Both the position numbers and the translations under genes were made by a program. Shown piece by piece: positions 7,859 to 17,784 of a stretch of 64,000 nt of DNA; position 1 is the first letter of the stretch; each line of letters opens with the position of its first letter. The notes below the pieces were generated by a model, which was not told where the DNA came from, made no database searches, and saw only the letters and a list, made by a program, of their open reading frames with translations. The DNA comes from Candidatus Latescibacterota bacterium (GTDB lineage: Bacteria; Latescibacterota; UBA2968): positions 73,107 through 137,106 of the forward strand of contig JAJEHL010000011.1 in assembly GCA_022823725.1 (NCBI GenBank), given 5' to 3'.

Positions 7859-10800
7859 CTAAAATTTCATCCTCAAACCAAAGTGGAACTCGCGAGGTGA
7901 ATCCTGGTAGCGCAGATAGTCACCCACATCGCCATAATCAATATATTCGGGGTTGTCCGGCAATGGCGTGTAAATCACACCCCATTCCACGTATTCAGAC
8001 CCCACTTCCACCAGCTGATTATCCACGCGATAACTGATATGCGGATCTTTCTGGTTGAAGAGATTAAAGGCTTCGAAGAAAGCCGTTACACTCGCGCGCC
8101 TGTTAAACTTAAAGGTCTTCTCAAAGTTGAGATCTGTGCGCGTATGAATCGGGCCATTGTAGAAGCCTTCTCCGCCTCTTTCCGGCGGAGAATAGAAGAA
8201 CCTGCGACCCGTGAACAGGCGATACACCGTATTCAGGCGCAGGTTTTCAAACGGATGGAAGCCCACAAACCGCGGACCAAATTTTTCGGGCGACGAAAAC
8301 ATAAAGGTTACCGTGCCAAAGTTGGTTCGGTTCAAATTGGCGGGCCGAAACTCCTGAGACTGGTTTTGGCGCTGCAACCAGGTCGAGGCGCCTTTGCCAT
8401 CCCAGTTGATCAGGCTGTTTTCGGGATCCAGCGACCAGTTGTTGCGCCCAGCAGCATCTTCGACCAGTTCGAGATGATTGCGCGCCTGACTGCCAAAAGC
8501 CTGTCCCCGCGTAAAGCGCGTAATACCATCCATAGGCCGCGGGAACTCTTCGCCCGTATCGCTGCCATTAACAATACCAGGACCTGCCACACCTTCGTCG
8601 GTAAGAAAATCACCGTCGCCATTGGAATCGTGTGTCCACTCATACCAGTAATGCGACAAAAAGTTGCCATCGTTGTCGATATAACCGGCATAATTGCCGA
8701 AATTCGACGGATTCTTGGTCGCCAGCCTATCCGGATTGATATAATGCGCGCCGCGAACACCCGAGTTACCATTTTCAACCCACTGCACATTGTAGGCAAC
8801 CGTGAATGCCGTCATGTAGTTGAATTTCTTTTTTATAGACAACTCAAAGCCGCGCGTGTCGCGGTTATTCGTCTGGCCCGATGCCTGCACACTGCGGTTG
8901 TGCTGCAAACCCTGAGACTGCATACCGTAATTACCACCGCTACGGCGGTTGATCTGTTGCTTGTAATACGCCGTTATACCCGCCGTATAGTCCGTGATGA
9001 AGTTCCAGTCTGCACCCACTTCAAAACTCGTGGTTATCAGCGGCACAATTTTGGGCCATCCCCACTGCCCCGCATCCACGACATCCAGTGTGTTGTTTAT
9101 CTCAGACTCGTCAATCTGACCATTCTGGTTCAAATCCAGAAAAGCCTCTTCGGTACGGTAACTATGCGAGAAAATCCACCAGAACTGCTCAATTTGTTCA
9201 AACTTGCCAAAGGTGAAGTGCATCGCGCTGTTCTCCGTAATCGGATGCGACACACCCACGCGCGGCGACAATACGTGAATCGATCCCGGACGATGCGTTG
9301 GGATATTCTCGATCTTTGTCGGATCGTGATATTTGTAAAACGGAATAAAATACGCTGCCTGCGGCATCTCGGTATTCGGACTCCAGCGCAAGCCGCGCAA
9401 GCCCACATTCACCACAATCCCCTCAAACTCCATTTTGTCCTGGAAATACACGGCGTATTGACGCGGCACCACGCCGACATTGGGATTGTTGAACTGGCTG
9501 TAATACCGTTCAATCAGGCCCCTAAAGTCGTTTTTGTTGCGCGAAAAGCCCCAGTTGTCGTAAAACAAAAAGTCAATACCCGTTTTGATAAAGTGCCCCT
9601 TGGTTACCTGACTGGAATAATCGACCTTGAGCTGATAGCGGTCGCGCTCTGAATTTGTCCAGTTCACCACCGGGCGGCCAATGTAAAACCAGCCAGAATC
9701 ATTGCCAATACCCGGCTCGACATAGGGTTGATCCGTATTGGAGGGCAATTCAGAATTTACTTCAGTTGTGCGGGAATACGAGAACCGAATTTCGTAAAAG
9801 GTGCGCGCCGACAGCGTATGCGTCAAAGATGCGTAATTCATAAAATCGCGCGTGCGCAACTTGCCCGCCCCCGAGTATTCCGCAGGCACAAAGAGATTGC
9901 GTCCTGCCGAGTTCATATTCTTGCGCGACCCCTGTTCAATGCGCCGAATAACGCCCGCATTATACCGAGAACGCTGATTGAACAGAGACCCATAGTTCAA
10001 TTTGACATTGTTACTCGGGCGATACGTCAGCCTGAGGTTCGTGCGATTGTTAAACGGTGATACCGTCGTGGTTGAGGGAAAAGACGACGGGTTGCGATTC
10101 ATCGAAGACGTAATCGTGAAGCCCATTCTTCTCATAATCGGACCGCCCAACATGGCCTCGCCGCGACCACCCCACACACCCGTGTAATCCTGGCGCACAT
10201 GAACCTTGCGCTGAACATCGTCGGAAGCAAACTGTGAATCGGTTATCTCGCCAGTCTGATTGTCGTGCCCCAATATCCCATCGGGACCCGGGAACCAGGC
10301 TTGCAAATTTTCCCACTCGGGATTGCCCCACTGCATCCTGCCACGATGCACGGGTGCTTCATATACATTTGCCCCCCAGTGCTTCTGCCCGGGAGGTGTA
10401 ATGCGATACTCGCCCCTACCCGTGTACCTTTGACCGCCCTCTTTGGTCACCACCGAAACCACAGAACCCGCATTGCCGTACTCCGCATTCATCCCACCAC
10501 TCAACACGGTCAGTTCTTGCACGGCACTCGTGTTCACGCCCTGAAATCGCGTAAATCCGGCACGCGCATCGTTGTTCACCACGCGCACGCCATCGACCAT
10601 ATACGCCGTCTCCCAGAAGTTGCCACCGCGAACACTCTCCTCTTCATCGGGCGTCACGCCCGCCTGCAACTCCACAAAGTCCGACATTTCTCGCACGATC
10701 GGCAACGACTCAATTTCTTCTGCCGTAATAATGGACTTGCTCTCCGTCTTGTCGTGCTCCACTGCCGGACGCTCGGCAACGACGATCATCTCGCCCAATT

Positions 10801-11137
10801 GGAGCGTTTCTTCCTGCATCTGGAAGTTCACCGTCGTGGTATGGTCAACATTGACTATCACACCCGTGCGAACAGACTTTGAATACCCCATCATCACCGT
10901 TTCAATATCATAGGTTCCCGGCGGAATATTGATGATGAAGTATTCGCCCTCCTCATCGGTGATCCCGGCGCGTTTCACGCCATCGATATCGATCACCACA
11001 TTGGCACCGGGCAGTGGATCACCTGTAACCTCAGTGACGCGACCACTGATTTTACCCGTTGTGGCCGCTTCTGCCAATCCGGTGCTGATCACCAGGGCGA
11101 CCAGCAGACCCAGACAACACAATAATCGCTTGCTCAT
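7859..11137 (-). CDS. TonB-dependent receptor with an N-terminal carboxypeptidase-regulatory-like domain
   Basis: 1092 aa with a signal peptide, then a CarboxypepD_reg-like N-terminus (GKISGRVTEVTGDPLPGANVVIDIDGVKRAGITDEEGEYFI...GTYDIETVMMGYS), then a plug region. The terminal residues ...HFGLRMKF end in an aromatic, as in TonB-dependent receptors. No SusD partner follows. Confidence 0.8.
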   Translation of the reverse strand: MSKRLLCCLGLLVALVISTGLAEAATTGKISGRVTEVTGDPLPGANVVIDIDGVKRAGITDEEGEYFIINIPPGTYDIETVMMGYSKSVRTGVIVNVDHTTTVNFQMQEETLQLGEMIVVAERPAVEHDKTESKSIITAEEIESLPIVREMSDFVELQAGVTPDEEESVRGGNFWETAYMVDGVRVVNNDARAGFTRFQGVNTSAVQELTVLSGGMNAEYGNAGSVVSVVTKEGGQRYTGRGEYRITPPGQKHWGANVYEAPVHRGRMQWGNPEWENLQAWFPGPDGILGHDNQTGEITDSQFASDDVQRKVHVRQDYTGVWGGRGEAMLGGPIMRRMGFTITSSMNRNPSSFPSTTTVSPFNNRTNLRLTYRPSNNVKLNYGSLFNQRSRYNAGVIRRIEQGSRKNMNSAGRNLFVPAEYSGAGKLRTRDFMNYASLTHTLSARTFYEIRFSYSRTTEVNSELPSNTDQPYVEPGIGNDSGWFYIGRPVVNWTNSERDRYQLKVDYSSQVTKGHFIKTGIDFLFYDNWGFSRNKNDFRGLIERYYSQFNNPNVGVVPRQYAVYFQDKMEFEGIVVNVGLRGLRWSPNTEMPQAAYFIPFYKYHDPTKIENIPTHRPGSIHVLSPRVGVSHPITENSAMHFTFGKFEQIEQFWWIFSHSYRTEEAFLDLNQNGQIDESEINNTLDVVDAGQWGWPKIVPLITTSFEVGADWNFITDYTAGITAYYKQQINRRSGGNYGMQSQGLQHNRSVQASGQTNNRDTRGFELSIKKKFNYMTAFTVAYNVQWVENGNSGVRGAHYINPDRLATKNPSNFGNYAGYIDNDGNFLSHYWYEWTHDSNGDGDFLTDEGVAGPGIVNGSDTGEEFPRPMDGITRFTRGQAFGSQARNHLELVEDAAGRNNWSLDPENSLINWDGKGASTWLQRQNQSQEFRPANLNRTNFGTVTFMFSSPEKFGPRFVGFHPFENLRLNTVYRLFTGRRFFYSPPERGGEGFYNGPIHTRTDLNFEKTFKFNRRASVTAFFEAFNLFNQKDPHISYRVDNQLVEVGSEYVEWGVIYTPLPDNPEYIDYGDVGDYLRYQDSPREFHFGLRMKF

Positions 11138-11203
11138 TTACGACCCTCCATAAAAAATGGTGCGTGATAGCCCAGTTCCCCATACCGGAGAACTGAATCT
11201 CTT

Positions 11204-12019
11204 TTATTCGAAATAATATTTAAAACTCACACCAGCATCTGCTGTCCCTATCGGAAACGCCTTGTTCATTCCCCAGGCGGTCAATGGATTGATCTCGCCA
11301 AAGATGAGATTGTAGCGCACGCGAAAATCAAGCCCATAAGAAGAACCCAACGACCCCTCGAAACCAGCACTTATGGGGATCGTCCACGCTGTCCGCGTAT
11401 CCTCTGTGGGTTCCTTCCCATACAATAACACCTGGCCATTGTCAATCAGACCAATGCTTTTCTTTTGCGCTTCGGTCATAGTCGAAGCATCTAAGTCCGG
11501 ACTGCCGGGATACACCAGCAGAACTCGCACGCCACCGCGATCCACCTCATCGGGAATATTGGGGTTGGTCGGGATAATCAAGCCGTGCTTCACCTTGTGG
11601 CTATAATCGTAAAAACCAAGGCCCAACCCCAGATAAGGCGACCACTTCCGTTCGGACATGGTCTCGGCATTTTCCCTGAAAAACCACAGCCAGTTCGAGG
11701 CCACGCTATTCCAGGTCATCTCAGAATCTGCATCAGGACTTGGAACTTGACGACCTCTATATGTAAACGTGCGCCCGGGCAGATTTGAATTGCGAAACTT
11801 CGAGTAGTGATACTCCACCTCTGTGGTCAAACGCGGAGAAATCACATAACTCACATTCAAGCCGTACTTCAAATCACCAGCATACCAGCCACTCAAAGAG
11901 CCTGTCGGCTGATGATAATTCACCAATCCGCCAATAGCCCACAGATCTGCATCGCGAGCATCTGCGGAAGATACAGCAAATAGGAAAACCCCGGCGTACA
12001 AAATCAGAAATCTTTTCAA
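11204..12019 (-). CDS. outer-membrane beta-barrel protein (OmpA-like barrel, hypothetical)
   Basis: Signal peptide MKRFLILYAGVFLFAVSSADA, amphipathic beta strands, C-terminal ...GVSFKYYFE. An AAGGAGG RBS lies upstream of the ATG at 12019. Confidence 0.55.
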   Translation of the reverse strand: MKRFLILYAGVFLFAVSSADARDADLWAIGGLVNYHQPTGSLSGWYAGDLKYGLNVSYVISPRLTTEVEYHYSKFRNSNLPGRTFTYRGRQVPSPDADSEMTWNSVASNWLWFFRENAETMSERKWSPYLGLGLGFYDYSHKVKHGLIIPTNPNIPDEVDRGGVRVLLVYPGSPDLDASTMTEAQKKSIGLIDNGQVLLYGKEPTEDTRTAWTIPISAGFEGSLGSSYGLDFRVRYNLIFGEINPLTAWGMNKAFPIGTADAGVSFKYYFE

Positions 12020-12569
12020 AAGTGCCTCCTTGGGTTTGGGGTGAGCAAAAAATTCCTCTTTTTTTCGTTACTTAATTTATTTATATGGAACGCGCGTGCT
12101 GATCTCGTGGTCTAATCCTGCGAAACAAACAGATAGAACAGACGAATCTGAGAATAGCACAGAATGGTGTACAACTGGTTTCGGGTGAACCAAAAAGAGA
12201 GGACAGTATAATGTCGGATCACAGGCAAGACAAGCGTTTTCTAAGGCACACAACAAGACAAATTATTCTTCCAAGAAAGCATTCAAGACCGGGTTGAAAA
12301 TTGAGATTGTCTTGCGTTGTTGCAGGGAAAAAATAAGCTCAACAGATACAGAATTACATATATCTCATTACAAAACAATGTTTTATGAAAAATATATATT
12401 CAAAAATCTTATCGAACAAAACGTTTAAAATAAGAAACTCTAAACTGTCATATTAAAGCGCAAGTGGCTATAAATAATAGAGTTAAAATAACCTTGTCAA
12501 CGAAAAGTTTGTTAAAATTTGTAACAGGACAAATATTTTGATTTGATAGAACTTACTGATATATAAAAA

Positions 12570-12714
12570 ATGACAATCAAAACCTCTGGATCGTGGCTAA
12601 CATCATACCGCGATGACGGCGCTATGGATAGGCTTACACGATGACAACCAAAACCTCTGGATCGCGGCTTTAAGCATACCGCGATGACGGATACGGGCGA
12701 GGCATGCCTCGCCC
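12570..12714. repeat. REP-like hairpin array (2 units) plus a 20-bp GC palindrome
   Basis: Two units of GATGACAAYCAAAACCTCTGGATCG(C/T)GGCT-loop-ACCGCGATGACGG, followed by GGGCGAGGCATGCCTCGCCC at 12695-12714. Confidence 0.7.
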
Positions 12715-12731
12715 CTACATTGATGATAAGA

Positions 12732-13727
12732 TTAACGCATTTTTAAAATCCTATCGATCTCTGTCGCATTTAATTTTCTCTCAAAACGCGGACCGTATTT
12801 GGCGACAACGCGCGAGGAAACATAAGTCGCGAGCCTCGCGGCCTGATCCGCGTCATACCCCCGGGTCAAAGCAAACAAATACGCCCCGGCAAACGAATCG
12901 CCCGCACCATTGGTATCCACAGCATCCACCACAAACCCCGGCGCATGCAACACATCACCACCATCGCAGACCCTGGCACCGTCCGCACCATACGTCACAA
13001 CCAAACCGCCTACGCGATGGCGCAACGCACCAAAAGCCTCTTCTGTTGTCTCGGCACCGGTAAATATCCTGCCCTCATCTTCATTGCAAAACAGCATATC
13101 CACGCCCGCATCGACCAGTGCCGTCATCCTATCCTTAAAAGCAGCCACAATAGACGGATCGCTCAGGGTAAGCGCGACCTTTGTACCGTGCGCCTGCGCC
13201 ACCTTTTGCGCCGCCTGTGCCGCTTCAAAGCCATCGTCTGCCGCAATTAGATAACCCTCAATGTAAATAAAGTGGCTATCGGCAACCACAGCATCCTCAA
13301 CCTGCGCCACACCAAACGTACTCGTAATCCCCAAAAATGTATTCATCGTGCGATCCGCATCCTCCGTAATCATCACCAGACACTTGCCCGTAACCCCTTC
13401 CCCACGATGTAATGGATTGCACGCCACCCCCGCAGCACTGAGATCGCGAAGATAAAACTCGCCATCTGCATCCTCAGCCACCTTACATCCGTAATATCCC
13501 TGTCCACCACAATTGGCCAACGCGATCATCGTATTGGCCGCCGAACCGCCCGACGAGCGCGCCATCTCCTTCCCGCCCAAAGCATCGATCAACGCGCGCT
13601 GGCGATCTCCGTCAATCAGCGTCATCACACCCTTGTCAATCTCCATCGCCTCAAAAAACGACGGATCAACCCGAAACTGAATATCCACCAGCGCATTGCC
13701 CAGCCCATACACATCGTATTGCCGCAT
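12732..13727 (-). CDS. PfkB-family carbohydrate/nucleoside kinase (adenosine-kinase-like)
   Basis: An N-terminal GLGNALVDI segment and a C-terminal ...DTNGAGDSFAGAYLFAL segment match the ribokinase/PfkB signature motifs. Confidence 0.8.
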   Translation of the reverse strand: MRQYDVYGLGNALVDIQFRVDPSFFEAMEIDKGVMTLIDGDRQRALIDALGGKEMARSSGGSAANTMIALANCGGQGYYGCKVAEDADGEFYLRDLSAAGVACNPLHRGEGVTGKCLVMITEDADRTMNTFLGITSTFGVAQVEDAVVADSHFIYIEGYLIAADDGFEAAQAAQKVAQAHGTKVALTLSDPSIVAAFKDRMTALVDAGVDMLFCNEDEGRIFTGAETTEEAFGALRHRVGGLVVTYGADGARVCDGGDVLHAPGFVVDAVDTNGAGDSFAGAYLFALTRGYDADQAARLATYVSSRVVAKYGPRFERKLNATEIDRILKMR

Positions 13728-13751
13728 AATTTTTCCTCACTAAAGATAGAA

Positions 13752-14486
13752 TCAAACTTTTCTCCCGCCAAAAACAGCCAGTTCAAACAGCTTGAAATAA
13801 CAATCTACATCTGAAAAACCAATATCTCTGAGCCATTCGCATTGATCTTCAACAGACGCGAGAATATTCGCCTGTTTGTCATCGCGATAATAATAAGCCC
13901 GTGCAATTTCATCGCGCGATGCATTTGGGTCTCGCCGCGTCACAGAATCGTAAAGCGCGTCAATAAAGCGATCTGCAAAACGCGACTCAACCCACTTTGT
14001 CGGAGAGCGAACATGCTCGACATTGACAAACACGCCATTGGGAGAAAGCAGATCAAAAATCTCGCCATAAACCTCGCGCTTGCGCTCATCGCTCTGGTGG
14101 TGAATTGAAAAACCCGATACAATCGCATCATAAGGCGCGTCATCTGCAACCAGACTGAGCCAATCGGACGTCGCATAATCCCCAATAACAAAACGATGCT
14201 GTGACGCCGATCCCGCAAACCGTTTTCGCGCAGCCTCGATCATCGCCTCGGAAAAATCCACAAAAACGCCGCGCGCATCCGGATGGCATTCAATAACCGC
14301 AGCACCGAGTATGCCATCCCCACACCCCAGATCGAGCACAGCATTCACCCTGTGATCATCCGCATTGATCACCCGGCACATAACGGCAATCTGCTCATCG
14401 GACAGCGGAATTGCCTGCCGAATATTCCCGAGATATTTCTGCGCCAGATCCCGCGCCTGCCAGGCTGTATCTTTGCGTTTGCTCAT
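13752..14486 (-). CDS. class I SAM-dependent methyltransferase
   Basis: Motif I is VLDLGCGDGILG; the fold resembles Tam/UbiE-type methyltransferases. Confidence 0.75.
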   Translation of the reverse strand: MSKRKDTAWQARDLAQKYLGNIRQAIPLSDEQIAVMCRVINADDHRVNAVLDLGCGDGILGAAVIECHPDARGVFVDFSEAMIEAARKRFAGSASQHRFVIGDYATSDWLSLVADDAPYDAIVSGFSIHHQSDERKREVYGEIFDLLSPNGVFVNVEHVRSPTKWVESRFADRFIDALYDSVTRRDPNASRDEIARAYYYRDDKQANILASVEDQCEWLRDIGFSDVDCYFKLFELAVFGGRKV

Positions 14487-14525
14487 AAAAATCCCATTTC
14501 TCAGCTTTTAGCGGTCAACAGTCAA

Positions 14526-14569
14526 CAAAACCTCCTGGATCGCGGCTTTAATCATGCCGCGATGACAAT
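14526..14569. repeat. REP-like hairpin unit
   Basis: AAAACCTCCTGGATCGCGGCTTTAATCATGCCGCGATGACAATC. Confidence 0.6.
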
Positions 14570-14605
14570 CTTCCTTCACACTTCATACTTCACACTTCCC
14601 CATAT

Positions 14606-16186
14606 TCAATACCCCACTGCCAGACCATCCTTGCGGGGATCGGAAGCCGCGCAATAACCGTCATCCAGCTTATAAATGAGTTGCCCCCCGCCATATCCAA
14701 TAGCCTGCGGAACTTCGATATTGTGCCCGCGGGCGCGAAGATCGTCCAGCACACCGGCATCCACGCCGGGTTCAACACCCACACTCAAACCGCCAAAAAC
14801 CTGCCACCGGGGCGCATCACACGCAGCCTGTGGATTTTGACCATAAGCAAAAATCCGAATCATCATCTGCGCGTGACCTTGCGGCTGCATATGCCCCCCC
14901 ATAACACCGAAAGACATCACCGGTTGCCCCTCTCGGGTCGCAAACGCCGGAATAATCGTATGATACGGACGCTTGCCCCCATCCACGCGATTGGGATGGC
15001 CCTCCGCCAGAACAAAACCCGCGCCCCGGTTCTGCATGCTAATACCCGTATCCGGAACCACAATACCAGACCCAAAACCCATATAATTGGACTGAATAAA
15101 CGAAACCATCATTCCATCTTCATCTGCCGCCGTAAGATAAACCGTATCGCCACGCGGCACGCCAAAAGCGGGCACCCCCGCCCGCTTCAAATCGATCAAC
15201 TTAGCACGCTGTGACAGATAATCCGGATCGAGCAACTGCGCGAACTCAATATCCCTCGCATCCGGATCAGACACATACCTGTGCGTATCTGCATAGGCCA
15301 ACTTCATCGCCTCAATCTGCAGATGTAAGCTATCTGCCGAATCAACAGCATACTGAGTCAGATCCCAATTCTCCAGTATCCCCAGCGCAATCAGCGCCGC
15401 AATACCCTGACCATTTGGCGGAATTTCGTGCAACGTACAATCTCGGAAATCCATCGTCATCGTATCCACCCAATCTGCCCGATGCTCTGCCAGATCCTCT
15501 TCTGTCATCGCACCGCCAGTGCGTCTTGCATGCGCAACAATCTTTTCCGCCAGATCGCCCGAATAGAACGCCTCCCCTCTTGTCTCCGCAATCCGTTCAA
15601 GCGTACGCGCCTGTGCTTCACACGCAAATCTTTCCCCAATTCCGGGCGCGCGACCCTCCGGTGCAAAAGTCGCCATCCAATCGGGCATATCACCGTAATT
15701 ATACACAGCCTGTGCCCAACTATTTCCCGTAATAGGCGAAATAATAAAACCATCGCGAGCATAGTGAATCGCGGGTTCAAACAACGCTTCAAACGGCAAC
15801 ACGCCAAACCGCTCTGAAACCTCGGCCCACGCCGAAACACAGCCGGGCACAGTCACGGCATCCCAACCTTGCTGGGGCATCTGAGCATGCCCTGCAAACA
15901 ATTCGGGCGACCACGCCTTTGGGGAACGCCCCGATGCATTGAGACCATGTATTTGCTCGCCATCCCACAAAATGCAAAACGCATCGCTACCTATACCATT
16001 CATATTGGGTTCAACAACCGTAAGTACCATAGCTGTCGCCAGAGCCGCATCTGCGGCATTGCCACCTTTGAGCAACATCTGCAACCCCGCCTGAGCAGCC
16101 AGCGGTTGAGAAGTCGCAACCACATTGCGCGCCATAACGGGCATGCGTTGGGAAGCATACGGAAAAGACCAGGACAATTCGGGCAT
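14606..16186 (-). CDS. ggt: gamma-glutamyltransferase family protein
   Basis: N-terminal region ...SQPLAAQAGLQMLLKGGNAADAALA... A GGT-like autoprocessing region around GDTVYLTAADEDGMMVSFIQSNYMGFGSG. GGKRPYHTIIP near the C-terminus. No signal peptide. Confidence 0.8.
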   Translation of the reverse strand: MPELSWSFPYASQRMPVMARNVVATSQPLAAQAGLQMLLKGGNAADAALATAMVLTVVEPNMNGIGSDAFCILWDGEQIHGLNASGRSPKAWSPELFAGHAQMPQQGWDAVTVPGCVSAWAEVSERFGVLPFEALFEPAIHYARDGFIISPITGNSWAQAVYNYGDMPDWMATFAPEGRAPGIGERFACEAQARTLERIAETRGEAFYSGDLAEKIVAHARRTGGAMTEEDLAEHRADWVDTMTMDFRDCTLHEIPPNGQGIAALIALGILENWDLTQYAVDSADSLHLQIEAMKLAYADTHRYVSDPDARDIEFAQLLDPDYLSQRAKLIDLKRAGVPAFGVPRGDTVYLTAADEDGMMVSFIQSNYMGFGSGIVVPDTGISMQNRGAGFVLAEGHPNRVDGGKRPYHTIIPAFATREGQPVMSFGVMGGHMQPQGHAQMMIRIFAYGQNPQAACDAPRWQVFGGLSVGVEPGVDAGVLDDLRARGHNIEVPQAIGYGGGQLIYKLDDGYCAASDPRKDGLAVGY

Positions 16187-16204
16187 AGATCTGCATCTCC
16201 TATA

Positions 16205-16666
16205 TCAGTTCAAAGTGATTTCTTTTTTAACCTCATCCACCAAATCATCGCCATCAACAGATTCGCGCAGAGGCTCTGTAAAATTCAACCGATACCCATT
16301 GGGATCCATCACAATAACCTCGCGCGCATTCCACGGGCGATCGTGCGGACCGGAAATCTGGACACTGCCATCGCGCCGCACCCGTTTGGCAATCGCGTCA
16401 ACCGACTCGCGCAACACCGTAAAATTGAGCGTTACACCCGCGCCCCGGGTGCTTGAAATCAAAACATTTGGTCCCTCCTCCATCAGAATCAAATCCGCAT
16501 GAGGTGCCCACCGCAAATGCGACATAATGGGATCGCCATTGGCCCCCGGCATCTGTGAAACCAGAGAAAAACCGAGCGTATCGCAATACCATCGCGTAGA
16601 AATATTGAGATCGTGAACCATCAAAGTTGTGTAGGACGGCATCTGGTAGTCCAAATCGGATTCCAC
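16205..16666 (-). CDS. VOC-family (glyoxalase/bleomycin-resistance fold) protein
   Basis: Approximately 150 aa with the ...TLMVHDLNISTRWYCDTLGF... beta-alpha-beta-beta-beta pattern. Confidence 0.65.
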   Translation of the reverse strand: MESDLDYQMPSYTTLMVHDLNISTRWYCDTLGFSLVSQMPGANGDPIMSHLRWAPHADLILMEEGPNVLISSTRGAGVTLNFTVLRESVDAIAKRVRRDGSVQISGPHDRPWNAREVIVMDPNGYRLNFTEPLRESVDGDDLVDEVKKEITLN

Positions 16667-16705
16667 CTTGCATGTCCTTTCTCCCCGAAGGGGCAGCTAA
16701 CCACC

Positions 16706-16749
16706 AACAAAAAAACCCGCTGAAGATGCTTCAGCGGGTTCGTTTTTTC
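16706..16749. terminator. bidirectional rho-independent terminator
   Basis: AAAAAAACCCGCTGAAGATGCTTCAGCGGGTTCGTTTTTT. An 11-bp GC stem flanked by an A-run and a T-run can terminate transcripts from either direction. Confidence 0.55.
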
Positions 16750-17085
16750 AAGACTATTATGTACTTTAAGTCTGTCATCTCATTTTGAACCCGCCAATAA
16801 TATTTTTGTCATTACCCGTGAAAACCGCGAGATTCGATCCACCATCAGGGCATACATGGCCAGTGGCACGGACAAATGACATCTGCACGGTTGCACTGAT
16901 AGCGCAGTTATCCATCATCTGTAGGGTATTATTCTGGTGGGTTACAAAAATCATGTTACTCTCAACTATATATGCGAAATAGAACTGAATGGTGCAGAAG
17001 ATATATCGGGGATACAGTAAAGTCAAGTGGGTTTTTTTGTGTTAGAGATAAATACACCAAAAGCATCAGTCAAACAAAAATACAA

Positions 17086-17352
17086 CTACCTCTCCATCAT
17101 TTCAAACGATAACTTTGGGCGGTAACCAAGAGCCTCCAACATGGACCGCGCATCTTCCCAGGTCAAGCCAAAAGCCGCAACATCTGAAACGCCCAACTTC
17201 GCAACAATATCGCGAATCAGCGGTAAATCTCTGTCATCAAATTCACCTTCCATCATCGCATCTTCAGCCCAGGACACAAGTGACTCAAGCGAGAGTTGTC
17301 CGTTGAGATAAAGTTTTAAGCGATCAGCCAAAACATCTCGCGTAATATTCAT
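17086..17352 (-). CDS. hypothetical small protein (88 aa)
   Basis: ORF MNITRDVLADRLKLYLNGQLSLESLVSWAEDAMMEGEF... has no recognisable family. It lies between the bidirectional terminator and MITE copy 2. Confidence 0.4.
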   Translation of the reverse strand: MNITRDVLADRLKLYLNGQLSLESLVSWAEDAMMEGEFDDRDLPLIRDIVAKLGVSDVAAFGLTWEDARSMLEALGYRPKLSFEMMER

Positions 17353-17374
17353 GATTGATCCTCTATCTGTTGAA

Positions 17375-17584
17375 CGCGATGTGTGACTTCAAAATCGCCA
17401 CAGAATAATGCCGACAAACATAGATAAGAAAAGCCTGCCCCTGCATGATTTTGAGCAGGGGTCAAAACCACTGGATTGCGGCTAACACCCTGCCGCAATG
17501 ACGGCTCTAAAATCCTTGTTTTGCTGACTGCTAACCACTGATTGCTCATTTTTTTCTTCATTATTCTAAAGTCACACATGACGT
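17375..17584. mobile_element. MITE copy 2
   Basis: Same terminal inverted repeats as copy 1 (CGCGATGTGTGACTT...AAGTCACACATGACGT). A perfect 9-bp target-site duplication TCTGTTGAA lies at 17366-17374 and 17585-17593. Relative to copy 1 it has an internal deletion of the CCCCGTA...TACGGGG hairpin. Confidence 0.65.
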
Positions 17585-17607
17585 TCTGTTGAATTTCAAC
17601 TTACATC

Positions 17608-17762
17608 CTGATGTTACGCATGTCTGGGGTTTTTGTCATGCTGAGCGGAGTGGAACGGAGCCGAAGCATCCCTTCCACCTGCGTTAGTAGGAGATTCTTC
17701 GACTCCGCTGCGCTTCGCTCAGAATGACAGGCACATGATATTGTGCCTATGCGTAACATCAG
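17608..17762. repeat. long nested inverted repeat (foldback) element
   Basis: Outer arms CTGATGTTACGCAT / ATGCGTAACATCAG form a perfect 14-bp pair. Inside are nested arms GTCATGCTGAGCG / CGCTCAGAATGAC and GGAGCCGAAG / CTTCGACTCC, plus a 7-bp hairpin AGGCACA-TGATAT-TGTGCCT. Folded, it is a stem of roughly 150 nt. Confidence 0.5.
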
Positions 17763-17784
17763 TTATATCCACACGATCAGCCTT

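Noticed and set aside
16775-17026. 83-aa minus ORF and 65-aa plus ORF in the AT-richer spacer 16760..17085
   Set aside because: No RBS, odd composition, and they overlap each other. The region is treated as non-coding spacer containing the bidirectional terminator.
17349-17579. ORFs of 76/90/73 aa (17349..17579, 18716..18988, 42642..42863, all on the minus strand) with near-identical sequences MCDFRIM(K/M)KKMSNQW...
   Set aside because: They lie entirely within MITE copies 2, 3 and 4, which is why they look conserved. They have no RBS and are artefacts of the repeat, not genes.
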